Virus record (IMG/VR): IMGVR_UViG_3300037400_003961
Span: 32,001-96,000 of that record
Strand: one strand, 5' to 3'
From: a virus
Lineage: Duplodnaviria > Caudoviricetes
Length of the DNA: 64,000 bases
The notes beneath the pieces are model-generated. The model saw only the letters and a list, made by a program, of their open reading frames with translations. It did not search any database and was not told the origin of the DNA. Shown piece by piece: positions 34,107 through 44,768 of this stretch. Each line of letters begins with the position of its first letter. Positions within the stretch are counted from its first letter, which is position 1. The position numbers and the translations under genes are program-made.

Positions 34107-36446
34107 TTAAAATTTTACAATAGAAGAAATATTAGATTTAACCATAATATTACCAAAACTTGTTCTTGTTAATAAAGGTAAATCTGTCGCAGCGATGCAT
34201 ATGGAACTAGGTTGACCAGTTAATAAAATTGTGTCATTATCTGAAATTACTGTTGCTCCTGCAATATTTCCATATATTGCACTTGGTCGATAAATTACTA
34301 ATCCTTTCCCACCTCTACCTTGTACATTAAATTCTTTAATAGAAGTTTTTTTACCATATCCTTTTGTTGAAAATATAGCAATATTATCATTATCTGAATG
34401 AATTGGAAGTCCTACAACGACTTCATCGTTTTCATCTAATTTAATAGTTTTTACACCAGCTGCAATTCTACCAATAGGATTAACATTTTTACTTTCAAAA
34501 TGAATTGACATTCCATTTTTAGTAATAACAAGAATATTTTCTTCATTAATAAATTCAACATTGGCAATAGAATCGCCTTCATTAATTTTAATTGCCGCAA
34601 TTCCTGTACTACGTTTTATTTTTGTATATTCTTCAAGAAATGTCTTTTTCATTAATCCTTGCTTTGTAAAGAATACTACATATTTCGCAGTATTACTTCT
34701 AGCAAGAGAAGTAATTGCTATTACTTCATCATCATGTTCCATATTAATTAAAGTTCCAACATGGACGCCTTTTGATGCATTAGTCCCAACTGGTACTTCA
34801 TCTACAATAATCTTAAACATTTTACCTTTTTTAGTAAATAAAAGTAAATTATCAATAGTATTAGTAGAAATTGTAGACATAATTACATCATCTTTTGTTT
34901 TTACACCTTTACCATTTTTTCGCTGTACTTTAAAACTATTTTTAGGAATACGTTTAATATCTTCATTTTGAGAAAGAATTACAACGCAGTCTTCTGGAAC
35001 AACTTCCTCAATGATTTTTTCTTCTGGCTTAATTTCAATATGAGCTAATTCTGTGCGGCGGGCATCTCCATATTTTTTAACTAAATCTGCTAAACGAGAT
35101 TTAAGAATATCTTTTTGACGATTTTCATTTGCAAGAATATCTTTTAAATCTTTAATTTTATTTTCAAGTTCTTTTGCCTCTTGTTCTAATTCAATTTTCT
35201 CAAGTTTAGCAAGAGAAGAAAGTCTCATAGCTAAAATTGCTTTAGCTTGATTTTCTGTAAAATTATATCTTTTTATTAACTTTTCTTTTGCTTCAATAGC
35301 GTTAGCGGATATTTTAATTAAATGAATAATATCATCAATAACATTTAATGCCCGCAGCAAACCATTTACAATTTCAAGTCTATCAGTAGCTTTATCCAAA
35401 TCAAATTTAGTTTCTCTTATTATACAATCAATATTATGGTCAACATAAATTTTAATACAATCTTTAAGATTTAATTCAGTTGGCACTTTATCAACAAGAG
35501 CAACTTGATTATAATTAAATGAACTTTGTAAATTTGTTTTAGCAAATAATTTATTTACAATACTTGCAGGATTAATTCCCTTATCACATTCAATAACAAT
35601 TCTAACACCTTTTTTATTAGATTCATCACGAATGTTATCAATTCCTTCAATTTCTTTTTTATCAGAAATTTCGCCAATTTCTGTCATTAGCCCTTCAATA
35701 GTAGTTCCATAAGGAATTTCAGTAAATATAATTTTCTGTTTATCAATCTCATATTTACTACGAATTTTTACACTACCATGTCCTGTTTTCATAATTGCGG
35801 GGATGTCTTTAGAGTTAATGATAATCCCGCCTGTCGGAAAATCTGGACCAATTAAAGTAGGTTCTTCACCAGCTAAATATTGATTAATAGCTGCCGCAAC
35901 TTCTCCAAGATTATGGGGCGCCCATGAACAAGCCATAGCTACACCAATTCCGCTATTAGGATTACAAAGAAGATTTGGAAAGATACTTGGTAGTTCTATA
36001 GGTTCTTCTGTTGTTTCATCATAGTTAGGGATAAAATCAACATTATTTTTCTTTAATCCTTGTAACATTCCATCTTCTGTTAATTTAGACAATCTTGCTT
36101 CTGTATAACGCGGCGCTGCAGGTCCATCTCCCGCCTGGTTTCCTACATTACCATGAAAATCAATAAGAGGATAACGCATTACCCAATCTTGTGCAAGACG
36201 AACCAATGCACCATATATAGATGAGTCACCATGAGGATGATAAGACCCCATTACATCTCCGACAATCTTTGCACATTTTACGTGAGGTTTATTACTAGTT
36301 CTTCCTCCTGTAAAGGCTCCATATAAGATTCTTTTTGCTACTGGTTTAAGGCCGTCAGTGGCATTGGGTATTGCTCTATCTGAATTACAGGAGGCTGCAT
36401 ATTCAATGAAATTTGTACTTAATTCTTTTATTAAATCACTCTGCAT
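34107..36446 (-). CDS. gyrA: DNA gyrase/topoisomerase IV subunit A
   Basis: DGLKPV, YHPHGD, AAPRYTE catalytic Tyr, C-terminal beta-pinwheel repeats. Confidence 0.93.
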   Translation of the reverse strand: MQSDLIKELSTNFIEYAASCNSDRAIPNATDGLKPVAKRILYGAFTGGRTSNKPHVKCAKIVGDVMGSYHPHGDSSIYGALVRLAQDWVMRYPLIDFHGNVGNQAGDGPAAPRYTEARLSKLTEDGMLQGLKKNNVDFIPNYDETTEEPIELPSIFPNLLCNPNSGIGVAMACSWAPHNLGEVAAAINQYLAGEEPTLIGPDFPTGGIIINSKDIPAIMKTGHGSVKIRSKYEIDKQKIIFTEIPYGTTIEGLMTEIGEISDKKEIEGIDNIRDESNKKGVRIVIECDKGINPASIVNKLFAKTNLQSSFNYNQVALVDKVPTELNLKDCIKIYVDHNIDCIIRETKFDLDKATDRLEIVNGLLRALNVIDDIIHLIKISANAIEAKEKLIKRYNFTENQAKAILAMRLSSLAKLEKIELEQEAKELENKIKDLKDILANENRQKDILKSRLADLVKKYGDARRTELAHIEIKPEEKIIEEVVPEDCVVILSQNEDIKRIPKNSFKVQRKNGKGVKTKDDVIMSTISTNTIDNLLLFTKKGKMFKIIVDEVPVGTNASKGVHVGTLINMEHDDEVIAITSLARSNTAKYVVFFTKQGLMKKTFLEEYTKIKRSTGIAAIKINEGDSIANVEFINEENILVITKNGMSIHFESKNVNPIGRIAAGVKTIKLDENDEVVVGLPIHSDNDNIAIFSTKGYGKKTSIKEFNVQGRGGKGLVIYRPSAIYGNIAGATVISDNDTILLTGQPSSICIAATDLPLLTRTSFGNIMVKSNISSIVKF

Positions 36447-36663
36447 TTTTTAATTTTTCCTTCCAATATAATATTTTTGTTTCCCAAATATTATGTGCTT
36501 CCATCATTTTTTTACTATATTCTTTACATTTATTTTTTGAATTTTCATCAAATTTATATCCAAATTCACACTGTTCACAAATACATTTGGGTTCATGTAT
36601 TTTTAAATATTCTAAAGTTTTTAAAATTGCATTTTTTATTATTTTAGATTCATCAATTTTCAT
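36436..36663 (-). CDS. Hypothetical protein inserted between gyrB and gyrA
   Basis: 75 aa, RBS GGAGG, ends in NAE overlapping the gyrA start. Confidence 0.6.
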   Translation of the reverse strand: MKIDESKIIKNAILKTLEYLKIHEPKCICEQCEFGYKFDENSKNKCKEYSKKMMEAHNIWETKILYWKEKLKNAE

Positions 36664-36794
36664 AAGTTGCCTCCGTGCTGTCTACAAATTCCCATTTTAA
36701 TGACTCTCCTGTTATGGGATCCAGTATCTGATTTTTTTTGTTCATACTTCTTCTCTTTCATATTACTCAGGTAAATTCACGCCATACTATCAAA

Positions 36795-36995
36795 TCATTC
36801 TGCATTATTTGGCCTCCAATTGCTGTCTATTTTTTGAAGTAATGATTCAAAATATTTTAAATCTTCTTTATCTTCCATATCTCTATGTTCTGCTTCTTTT
36901 TTACTACAACAATATTCACTTTTCCACATTGAGGATGCATCTTCTATCGCTCCTTTATATGCATCATATATTTCATTCAATACATTAATTTCCAT
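36795..36995 (-). CDS. Hypothetical protein inserted between gyrB and gyrA
   Basis: 66 aa, RBS AGGAGG, ends in NAE. Confidence 0.6.
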   Translation of the reverse strand: MEINVLNEIYDAYKGAIEDASSMWKSEYCCSKKEAEHRDMEDKEDLKYFESLLQKIDSNWRPNNAE

Positions 36996-37384
36996 AAGTA
37001 GCCTCCTGTGAGTGTTGTTGAATAAATCTTTTTCTTGGAAGAATTTGAGTTCCCATTAAATCATCAAATAATTTATCTGCTGCTGTAATGTCTTCTACAG
37101 TTACCTGTTTAATAATTCTTTTATCTGGATCTACAAGAATTGAAGTTTCGTCTGGTGACATTTCTCCGAGTCCCTTAAGTCGATTAACAAGATACTTCTT
37201 TCCCTTATGACTAGTTCTATATTTTTCAAGTTCTGCATCATCTTTTAAATAAATATAAGTATCTTTACCTTCTGTAATTTTATAAAGGGGCGGAACTCCT
37301 GCATATACATATCCATCTAAAATTAATTGTGGACAGAATGTCCATATAAAGGTATAGAATAAATTCTTAATATGACTTCCATCG
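36985..37384 (-). CDS. gyrB: DNA gyrase/topoisomerase IV subunit B, exon 2
   Basis: Splicing gives GAC GT|C GAT GGA (DADVDGSHI). PPLYK, RLKGLGEM and LMG..PRK follow. Exons total 1923 nt. Confidence 0.9.
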
Positions 37385-37521
37385 CGTGTTATTCTTATGT
37401 TTCCATAAGCACTGACTATCTTTTACTTATCATTAACATGATAAGGAGACCATTTCGAACTGCGTATCAATAGCAGCCCTACTTCCCCGCCCAGAAGGCA
37501 ATGGGAATAGTCGATACAGGT

Positions 37522-38235
37522 TCAAATATTAATCCATTTCTTTTCTTTCTTTTTATAAATAGGAAGTGTTGAATAACTTCTTCCCCAAAGCATAGCTTGA
37601 AATGTTTGATAGGATACTCGATTTTTATAATCTTCATAAATTTGTTTGGCGGTTTCATTTACATATCTATGTCGAAGTTGAATAACCTCTTCATTGGTAA
37701 ATTGAGCTGAAGCTCCATTTCCGCCTTGTGAATTTTGATAAATATAATATTGTTTATTTGCTTCTGTAAAAACTTCTGGCATAATATACGACCAAGACCT
37801 GCCTTGCCAAAGATTTTGAAAATAACCAAAAGAAATTTTATTTTCAAATTCTTTGTACACATCTTTTTGGCGCTAATGATTGGCATATGCTTGTCTAATT
37901 CTAATAACATCCTTTTCTGTTAATTTAACATTAGGATTATGACTTCCAATCAAATCTGTTAATCCGCCTTCATTTTTATTACCAGATTTTGTAGCATTTA
38001 ATTTATTTATCCAATATTTTTCTTTATCATTTAATTCATCTATAGAACATACTTCTAATACTTCAAATAAAAAAGCATCTTTTCCTTTATTAGTTATCTA
38101 ATCATCAAAAGGAATACGTGATTGTTTTGATGTTTTATATATATGTTCTTTAAATCTTCTATCTATATCATTTGATTGTCCAACATAAAAATTTGTTGGA
38201 TCGTTTTTTTCTGTAATTTTATAAATTCCTATCAT
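37522..38235 (-). CDS. Intron-encoded GIY-YIG homing endonuclease, 237 aa (2 TAG)
   Basis: MIGIYKITEK...FYVGQSNDIDRRFKEH...EKYWI; own RBS GAGGAG. Confidence 0.88.
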
Positions 38236-38353
38236 TTTTTATTCTCCTCAATTATTATTGAAAGAGAATGAATTAATATTTGTTTCCCACGGGATTTCCA
38301 TGCCATTTTGGTTTAGGATTCCCCGTTAGCAAAAATTCTTTTCTCCTTCATAT

Positions 38354-38393
38354 TATATGAAAAATGTACATATCACATAATATAAAGTTGACC
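38354..38393 (-). promoter_or_regulatory. Phage-specific motif copy inside the gyrB intron
   Basis: GGTCAA ctttata TTAT gtgatatgtacat TTTT catata. Confidence 0.6.
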
Positions 38394-38447
38394 AAAAATT
38401 TTTACCCGCTTGATTAAGCGAAAAGTCTTTCATACGCCGTGTTACTG

Positions 38448-39970
38448 ACGTCAGCATCGGACTCAATTATAATTTTCCCATAACGAAGGTCTTCTTTATT
38501 ATATGTCAACTTCATTGTTTTCATATCAACAGTAAGACCAAAAGCGTCAATCATTGTCATAATTTCAGCATTTTTCTGAATTTTATCAAGTGTTGCTTTT
38601 CTAACATTAAGAATTTTTCCGCGGACAGGCATAACCGCAACAAATTCATTATTGCGAGCTAGTTTTAAGTTTCCTGAAGCTGAATCTCCCTCTGTTACAT
38701 ATATCTCACATTTCATGCGGTCTTTAGACCAGCAATCCGCTAATTTACTATCAAACTTTAAAGCTTTTTGCTTCTTTTTATTCTGCTCTCTTGCTTTATC
38801 TCTTGCCTTTTTAGCTGCATCTCTTGCCTTACGAGCAGCTGTTGCTTTTTCAAAAATATTTTTTACTTCTTTTTCATTATTATTGAACCAAATATTAAGA
38901 TTAGTTGTTAATGCAGAAGTAAAAGGTGACATATCAATTTTTGTAATTCTACTTTTAACCTGTGCATCATATCCAACATTAGGCGCTGTAATATTAAATA
39001 CTACATACATTCCCTCTTGAATATCATCACCAGTTAAATTAGCATCTTTATCTTTTAACCATTTTTTTTCTTTAAAAAATTTATTAAATTCTCTTGTGAT
39101 AACTGTTTTAATTTGTGTAATATGCGGACCAGAATCAGTAAGACCAGTGTTTACATATGGAACAATAGTTGAAGAATAATTACTTGTATATGTAAAAACC
39201 ATATCAAGTTTATTTTTACCTTCTAAAAAATTCATAGAAAAACGATTTGTGATAAGTTCTGTATCTTTAACAGCTTCATCCACTAAATCATTAATACCTT
39301 TTTCAGAATAATATCGAGTATAATTTTCTATTTTCATTCCATCTTTATTTAAAGTTGTAAAATAAAGATTAATTTCTAATCCTGGGCAAAGACAAACAAT
39401 AGTTTTAAATAAATCTTTAATTTTGTTAATTTCAACTTCAGTATGTGTAAAAAATTCTTCTGAAGGCTGCCACTCGACCAATGTTCCTGCAATCCCACCA
39501 GCACCAGAAGTACGGGTTTTAAAAACACCTTCTTTAAATAGGATTTCTTCCCATTCACTATTTCTTATTGTTTTTACTCTAAGCCAATGGGACAAAAAAG
39601 TTGTAATTTTTGAACCAATACCAAAAGAACCAAGAGAGGTTCCTTCATATGTTCCATCTTCTCTATATTTACCAGATGTATTTAATACACTAAATGCAGC
39701 TTCAAGAATGGTTTTACCATCTTCTCTATATGAATTAGGAATAAAACCTTGACCATAATCCCTAACAGAAACTGTATCATCAACAATATTTACATCAATT
39801 TTATTTCCATGTCCAAGTCTATATTCATCAACAGCATTAGAAATAATTTCTATCAATAATTGAGTTGAATATGTACAATCTCCTGCATACACTTGCGGAC
39901 GAAGTCTGGTAAATTCAAGGGGCGAGAGACTTTCGATACTATCTTCTGTGTATAAATGTTTATCATTCAT
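38448..39970 (-). CDS. gyrB: DNA gyrase/topoisomerase IV subunit B, exon 1
   Basis: GHKL ATPase (EIISNAVDE, DYGQG), EGDSA, PVRGKILN, IIIESDAD. Confidence 0.92.
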
Positions 39971-40084
39971 ATGTTTTTCCTCTTTTTATTTTTTATATAC
40001 ATATATTATATCATAAATTATTAAAAAAATCAAAAAGATTAAGAAGAAAATCTCTTCTTAATCTTTTCAAAATTTTAATAATTT

Positions 40085-41368
40085 TTAAATTTTAAATTCA
40101 TAATCTTTTTCTGGTAGAACTGCATTAAGCACAACACCAAGAATTGCCGCAATAGCTAAACCAGTTAATGTAATTGTTGCAGGGCCAATATTAAATGTAA
40201 CTCCGCCAACAGAACTAAATCCCAATCCACTTACAAACATTGTTGCAATAACAATTAAATTGCGGGATTTGGTTAAATCAACATTGTTCTCAACCATATT
40301 TCTAACGCCAACAGCAGAAATCATACCATAAAGAATAAAACTAATTCCTCCTATAATTGCAGTTGGGATAGAATTAATCAATGCCGCAAATTTTGGAGAG
40401 AAAGATAAAATAATTGCAAAATATGCTGCTAATCTTACTACTCTTGGGTCATATACTTTTGATAATGCTAATACGCCAGTATTTTCTCCATATGTCGTAT
40501 TTGCGGGTCCTCCAAATAATCCAGCGAATGAAGTTGCAAGACCGTCACCAATTAATGTTCTATGAAGTCCGGGGTCTGAAATGAAATTTCTTTTTGTTGT
40601 AGAAGAAATTGCTGAAATATCACCAATATGTTCCATCATTGATGCGATTGCTATTGGAGCCATAATAATAATTGAAGTAAAATCAAATTTTGCAATTGTA
40701 AATTTTTGTAATCCAATAATACTTGTATTTTGTACTGCACTAAAATCAACTAATCCTAAACATAAAGCTGCAAGATAACTTATAGCTATACCAAGTAAGA
40801 TAGGAACAATTTTAATCATTCCTTTGCCCCAAATGTTAGCTATAACAATTACTACAATAGCAAGAGTTGCTAATCCCCAGTTAGTTGACGCATTTGAAAC
40901 AGCACTTCCTGCGAGATTTAATCCAATCATGATAATCATTGGACCAGTAACAGTAGGTGGAAAATATTTCATTACTTTTTTAGTTCCAAGTGTTTTAAAC
41001 AATAGAGCTAAAACTAAGTAGAGTAAACCAGCAATTACAATACCACCAAGTGCATATGCAAGTTTATCGTCTGGAGTCATTGTTGCATATTTACCTGTAT
41101 TTAATGCGGAAACCGCCTGAAAACCGCCAAGATATGCAAATGAAGAGCCTAGAAATGCGGGTATCTAAAATTTAGTACATACATGAAAAAGTAAAGTACC
41201 CAAGCCCGCAAATAATAAAGTTGTTTGAATACTTAGCGGTAATCCATAACTTTGCACTAAGATAGGAACTAATACTGTTGCTCCAAACATTGCAAATAAA
41301 TGTTGAAAACCCAAGGTTAACATTTTTGGAGTACCAAGCTATCTAGCATCATAAATTTCTTTTTCCAA
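40085..41368 (-). CDS. Uracil/xanthine permease (NCS2, UraA/PyrP family), 427 aa, 2 TAG
   Basis: [31 protein letters not shown] and NTTYGEN signatures. TTG start at 41368; TAG at 41339 and 41165. Confidence 0.9.
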
Positions 41369-41392
41369 TTTTAATTTCTCCTTTTTCTTTTT

Positions 41393-41421
41393 ATTATACC
41401 AAAAAATTTTAAATTTAGCAA
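41393..41421 (-). promoter_or_regulatory. sigmaA-type promoter
   Basis: TTGCTA-17-TATAAT with TG extension. Confidence 0.65.
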
Positions 41422-41915
41422 GTTATGACAACATGATTCTTTAGTATGATGTCAGAAAATTTAGACTTGTTCATAGTTGCAAGTGCATCTGCAAGTTCAT
41501 TACCTATCATACCTTTATGACCATCGACTTTAATTATATATATTTGATTTATGAAAAAATTTATATTATAATATTCATATAAAGATAAAATTATATCTAA
41601 ATTTTTTATTGTTTCATTTTTACTATTTTTCCAATTATTTTTACTCCAAGAATAAATCCAAGAATTGAGGATATTAACGCAATATGCAGAATCAGAATAA
41701 ATAGTTGCTTGTTGATTTTTATATTTGGTATTTAATAATTCAAATGCTTTTAGAAATGCTTTTAATTCCATTTGATTATTTGTTACATTGTGAAAATTTT
41801 CACAATAAGCATCAATTAAATGATTATTATTATCAAAAATTACAATACCAAAACCGCCCTATGAATTCTATTTACCATTACCGCGACAAGAACCATCTAT
41901 ATAAATATATAACAT
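41415..41915 (-). CDS. rnhA: Ribonuclease HI, 166 aa (TAG at codons 16 and 19)
   Basis: YIDGSCRGNG, TNNQMEL, YSDSAY, KVDGH, GNELADALA. Confidence 0.9.
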
Positions 41916-41983
41916 ATAATAAACTCCTATTTCATTTTATTATAAATTATATCATAAATATTTTTATTTTGCAAATAGAGACA

Positions 41984-42035
41984 AAAAAAATAGGTAATTT
42001 AATAGCTTTAGCTATTAAATTACCTATACAAAAAA
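41984..42035. terminator. Terminator hairpin downstream of the endolysin
   Basis: ataggtaatttaatagc/gctattaaattacctat perfect stem flanked by A-runs. Confidence 0.75.
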
Positions 42036-43472
42036 TTATCTTAAATATTTTTTAGAGCAGAACCCAGTATATTTACCATATACAACATAATACCAATCTC
42101 CAGTATAATAGCCATAACAGGTAACTTTACTACCATCTGGCATAACTGTAATAATTGGTTTAGATAAACTTGCCCCTGACCGCAATCTTAAATTTGCTGT
42201 TGTAGTATATGTTTTAGCAATATTTTTATTAAAAGATTGAGCATAATCAACTTTTATTGTAGATGGAACAGCAGGTGGATTTATTGTTGTAGGAATATTT
42301 CCAATAGTAGATGTTTCTTTTTGCTATTGTTTTGTTCCATATTTAGGTTTTGCATAACCGCGAATATATCCATATCCAATTGGAATAGTTCTACGACCAA
42401 CCTTTCCACCATTCATGTTACCTTCAATAACAGTTATATTATTGCCGGATACAGATTCAACCATTCCAATATGATCTGCATATCCATTATTTGGTTGAGT
42501 TGTATCATCCCAGTTATAAGTAATTAAATATCCTTTTTCTGGAACTATTGTACCATCTTCTTCCCAGATACCAGCTTTTTTAAATAATGCGATATGATTT
42601 TCAACACCACATTCAGTTCCACCAATTAAATTTACTGCATTTAATTTAATAAAAATCGCACTAATAGTGGTATCGCAATAAGCATCTTTATAAGTTACTT
42701 TATAACCTCTTGCTCTTGGTGTATAATTATTATAAGTATCAATAATTACTTTATGAGTACCTTCAGAACGAGATAAACCAATCCATGATCTAAAAATATT
42801 TAAAGCGTCATCTGCGGTAACAGTATTATCATTTTTATTATCTACGATTACAGCTGGCTATGGTTTAGCTATTGTATTATTTAACATTGTTTCGTCAAAT
42901 AAATAATTCATATCAACATATCCATTAATGCCATTAATTCTTCCTGTTGAAGTATATTGTTGCATGGCACATGGATAATCGGGGGCACCCGCATAATCTG
43001 CTAACCAAATTGGATATTCTGAAAGTTGATTCCAATCATAATAGTTTTTATAATAATCAGTATTAGTATAAATAAAAAGTTTTTTACATCCAAGAGATTT
43101 TAATACATCTAAATACTATTTTGTATATGCTGTACATTTTTCTCTTGTACAAACTTCTTTATTTTTCTTCCAAGTATCATATTCAAGGTCTACAGCAATC
43201 CATGTATCTATTGGATTCAAACCAGCTTTTTTAATATTATCAAATGTTGCTTCTGCATTTTCTTTAATAGTTGCTCCATTAGTATAAACAAAATGATATA
43301 CCATAATAGGAATATTATTATTTTTACATTCTTTCACATATTCAATAAATTTTGAATCTATTGCTTTTCTATAACCCTATCTTAGAACAATAAAATCTAC
43401 TTCTTTACTATTTTTTACTTTTTTAAAATCTATATTTCCTTGATGATAGGAAATATCAATACCTTTTAACAT
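42036..43472 (-). CDS. Endolysin: GH25 muramidase + CHAP + SH3b, 478 aa (at least 4 TAG)
   Basis: GIDISYHQG, AVDLEYD, QQYTSTG..GINGYVD; CHAP residues YCDTT and HIGMVE..IEGN; C-terminal SH3 (LRLRSG..WLYV..TGFCS). Confidence 0.9.
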
Positions 43473-43483
43473 ATAAACCTCCT

Positions 43484-43759
43484 TTATTTACTTTTAGGTT
43501 TAGGTTTATCATATGTCATTGCTAATTTACTATCAGTTAAGCCTTCTGTTGTTGGGTCATTAAGTGCATTCCATACTGAAACGGTAATTAAACCTAAAAC
43601 GTAAGGATTTTGAATTGCTTCAACAAAGACTTTTCCTAATATTGCCCAAGATGTTAAATCTTGAAATGTTAGTCCGGCATATGTTAAAATTGGAACTAAA
43701 ACTGAAAGAAAAATTTGAACAATAAAAACAGGATTTTTAAATCTTACTTTAAAATTCAT
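43484..43759 (-). CDS. Holin (phi LC3 family)
   Basis: MNFKVRFKN...two TM helices...DPTTEGLTDS; immediately upstream of the endolysin. Confidence 0.85.
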   Translation of the reverse strand: MNFKVRFKNPVFIVQIFLSVLVPILTYAGLTFQDLTSWAILGKVFVEAIQNPYVLGLITVSVWNALNDPTTEGLTDSKLAMTYDKPKPKSK

Positions 43760-43850
43760 TTAGCTACCTCCATATTATTAAATAATAAAAAATAAGGAAC
43801 CAACATAATTGTTAGTTCCTTAAAACAAAAAGTTTTTGATTTATGTATAT

Positions 43851-43890
43851 TATATTAAAATTATACTTTGAAAATTATTTGATTTTGTCC
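43851..43890 (-). promoter_or_regulatory. Phage-specific motif copy upstream of the lysis cassette
   Basis: GGACAA aatcaaa TAAT tttcaaagtataa TTTT aatata. Confidence 0.7.
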
Positions 43891-43901
43891 AATTATTAAA
43901 A

Positions 43902-44204
43902 TTAAGTAATAATTCCATTCTTTTTAAGATTACCCCTAAAGATTCTATAAGGTTCTTTTCTTTCTCCATTCTCATCAAAATTATGATATTCCATTTCTAA
44001 TTTAAAATCTTCATAATTATAATCAGTATACATAGGACGGATTTCCACATGATTCCAATCTTTTCCGCAATAAATGCAATATAATTTTTTTAAATGACCA
44101 GCTTCGCGATAACGTCCAGATTTTCGACTAATGGGGACACCTTCACGCCCACAGTTACAACAAAACATTCTTGAAACTGAAAAATCATCATTTTTTCTTC
44201 TCAT
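43902..44204 (-). CDS. Zinc-finger hypothetical protein
   Basis: CCNCG...GHLKKLYCIYC. Confidence 0.65.
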   Translation of the reverse strand: MRRKNDDFSVSRMFCCNCGREGVPISRKSGRYREAGHLKKLYCIYCGKDWNHVEIRPMYTDYNYEDFKLEMEYHNFDENGERKEPYRIFRGNLKKNGIIT

Positions 44205-44312
44205 AATAATACACTTCCTTTCTTTTTATTTAATTTTTCTATATATATTATAACAAAAAATAAATAAAAAAACAAGGTAGCAAAAAATTACTACCTTGTA
44301 TAAAATATAATA

Positions 44313-44516
44313 TTAATTATTTGTAAAATTATCTACAAACTCTTCAATAGCTAAAAGCATTTCAGTATCTTCAATATAGAAAATATCTGTATAATATTTA
44401 GTATAATACCAAGAAATAAAATTTAAAATAAACTGACCGAATCTCCAATCATAAAGTTTTTTATGGTTTTCTCTGAGTCCATCATAAAATTTATAAAGTC
44501 TATTAATATCTCTCAT
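44313..44516 (-). CDS. Hypothetical protein
   Basis: MRDINR..DWRFGQ, a small phage protein pattern. Confidence 0.65.
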   Translation of the reverse strand: MRDINRLYKFYDGLRENHKKLYDWRFGQFILNFISWYYTKYYTDIFYIEDTEMLLAIEEFVDNFTNN

Positions 44517-44528
44517 TATTTTTCCTTT

Positions 44529-44768
44529 TTATTTTAAAAATTCTTTAGCTTCATCATAGGTTAGTTGCAATCCACATGTATAATCATTAAGATATAAAAA
44601 TACTCCATCATCATCTTGTACATAAAAATACCATTCTCCTTTTTTATAAAGATGTGTTGGGGTTTTTATATCTTCTTTAATGCAAACCATATGGTTTTTC
44701 AACATATTACGAAGTAATTCTATATCAGTAATTTTATCTAAATCCATTAGGTATACCTCTTTTTTCAC
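44529..44768 (-). CDS. Hypothetical protein
   Basis: ORF in the early operon; start probably at MDLDK. Confidence 0.55.
   Translation of the reverse strand: MKKEVYLMDLDKITDIELLRNMLKNHMVCIKEDIKTPTHLYKKGEWYFYVQDDDGVFLYLNDYTCGLQLTYDEAKEFLK

Larger units (their letters stand above)
37385..38447 (-). mobile_element. Group I intron in gyrB (1063 nt)
   Basis: Exon ends in U and the intron ends in G. R/S-like elements (TGTATCGACTAT, AAAAGATAGTCA). Core similar to the dnaE intron (GCTAACGGGGAA, AATCCCGTGGGAAAC). Confidence 0.9.

Noticed and set aside
13693-38447. Inteins in dnaE, dnaB and gyrB
   Set aside because: The insertions break the reading frame with TGA/TAA, lack intein C/S...HN termini, and show group I U|...G boundaries and core elements.
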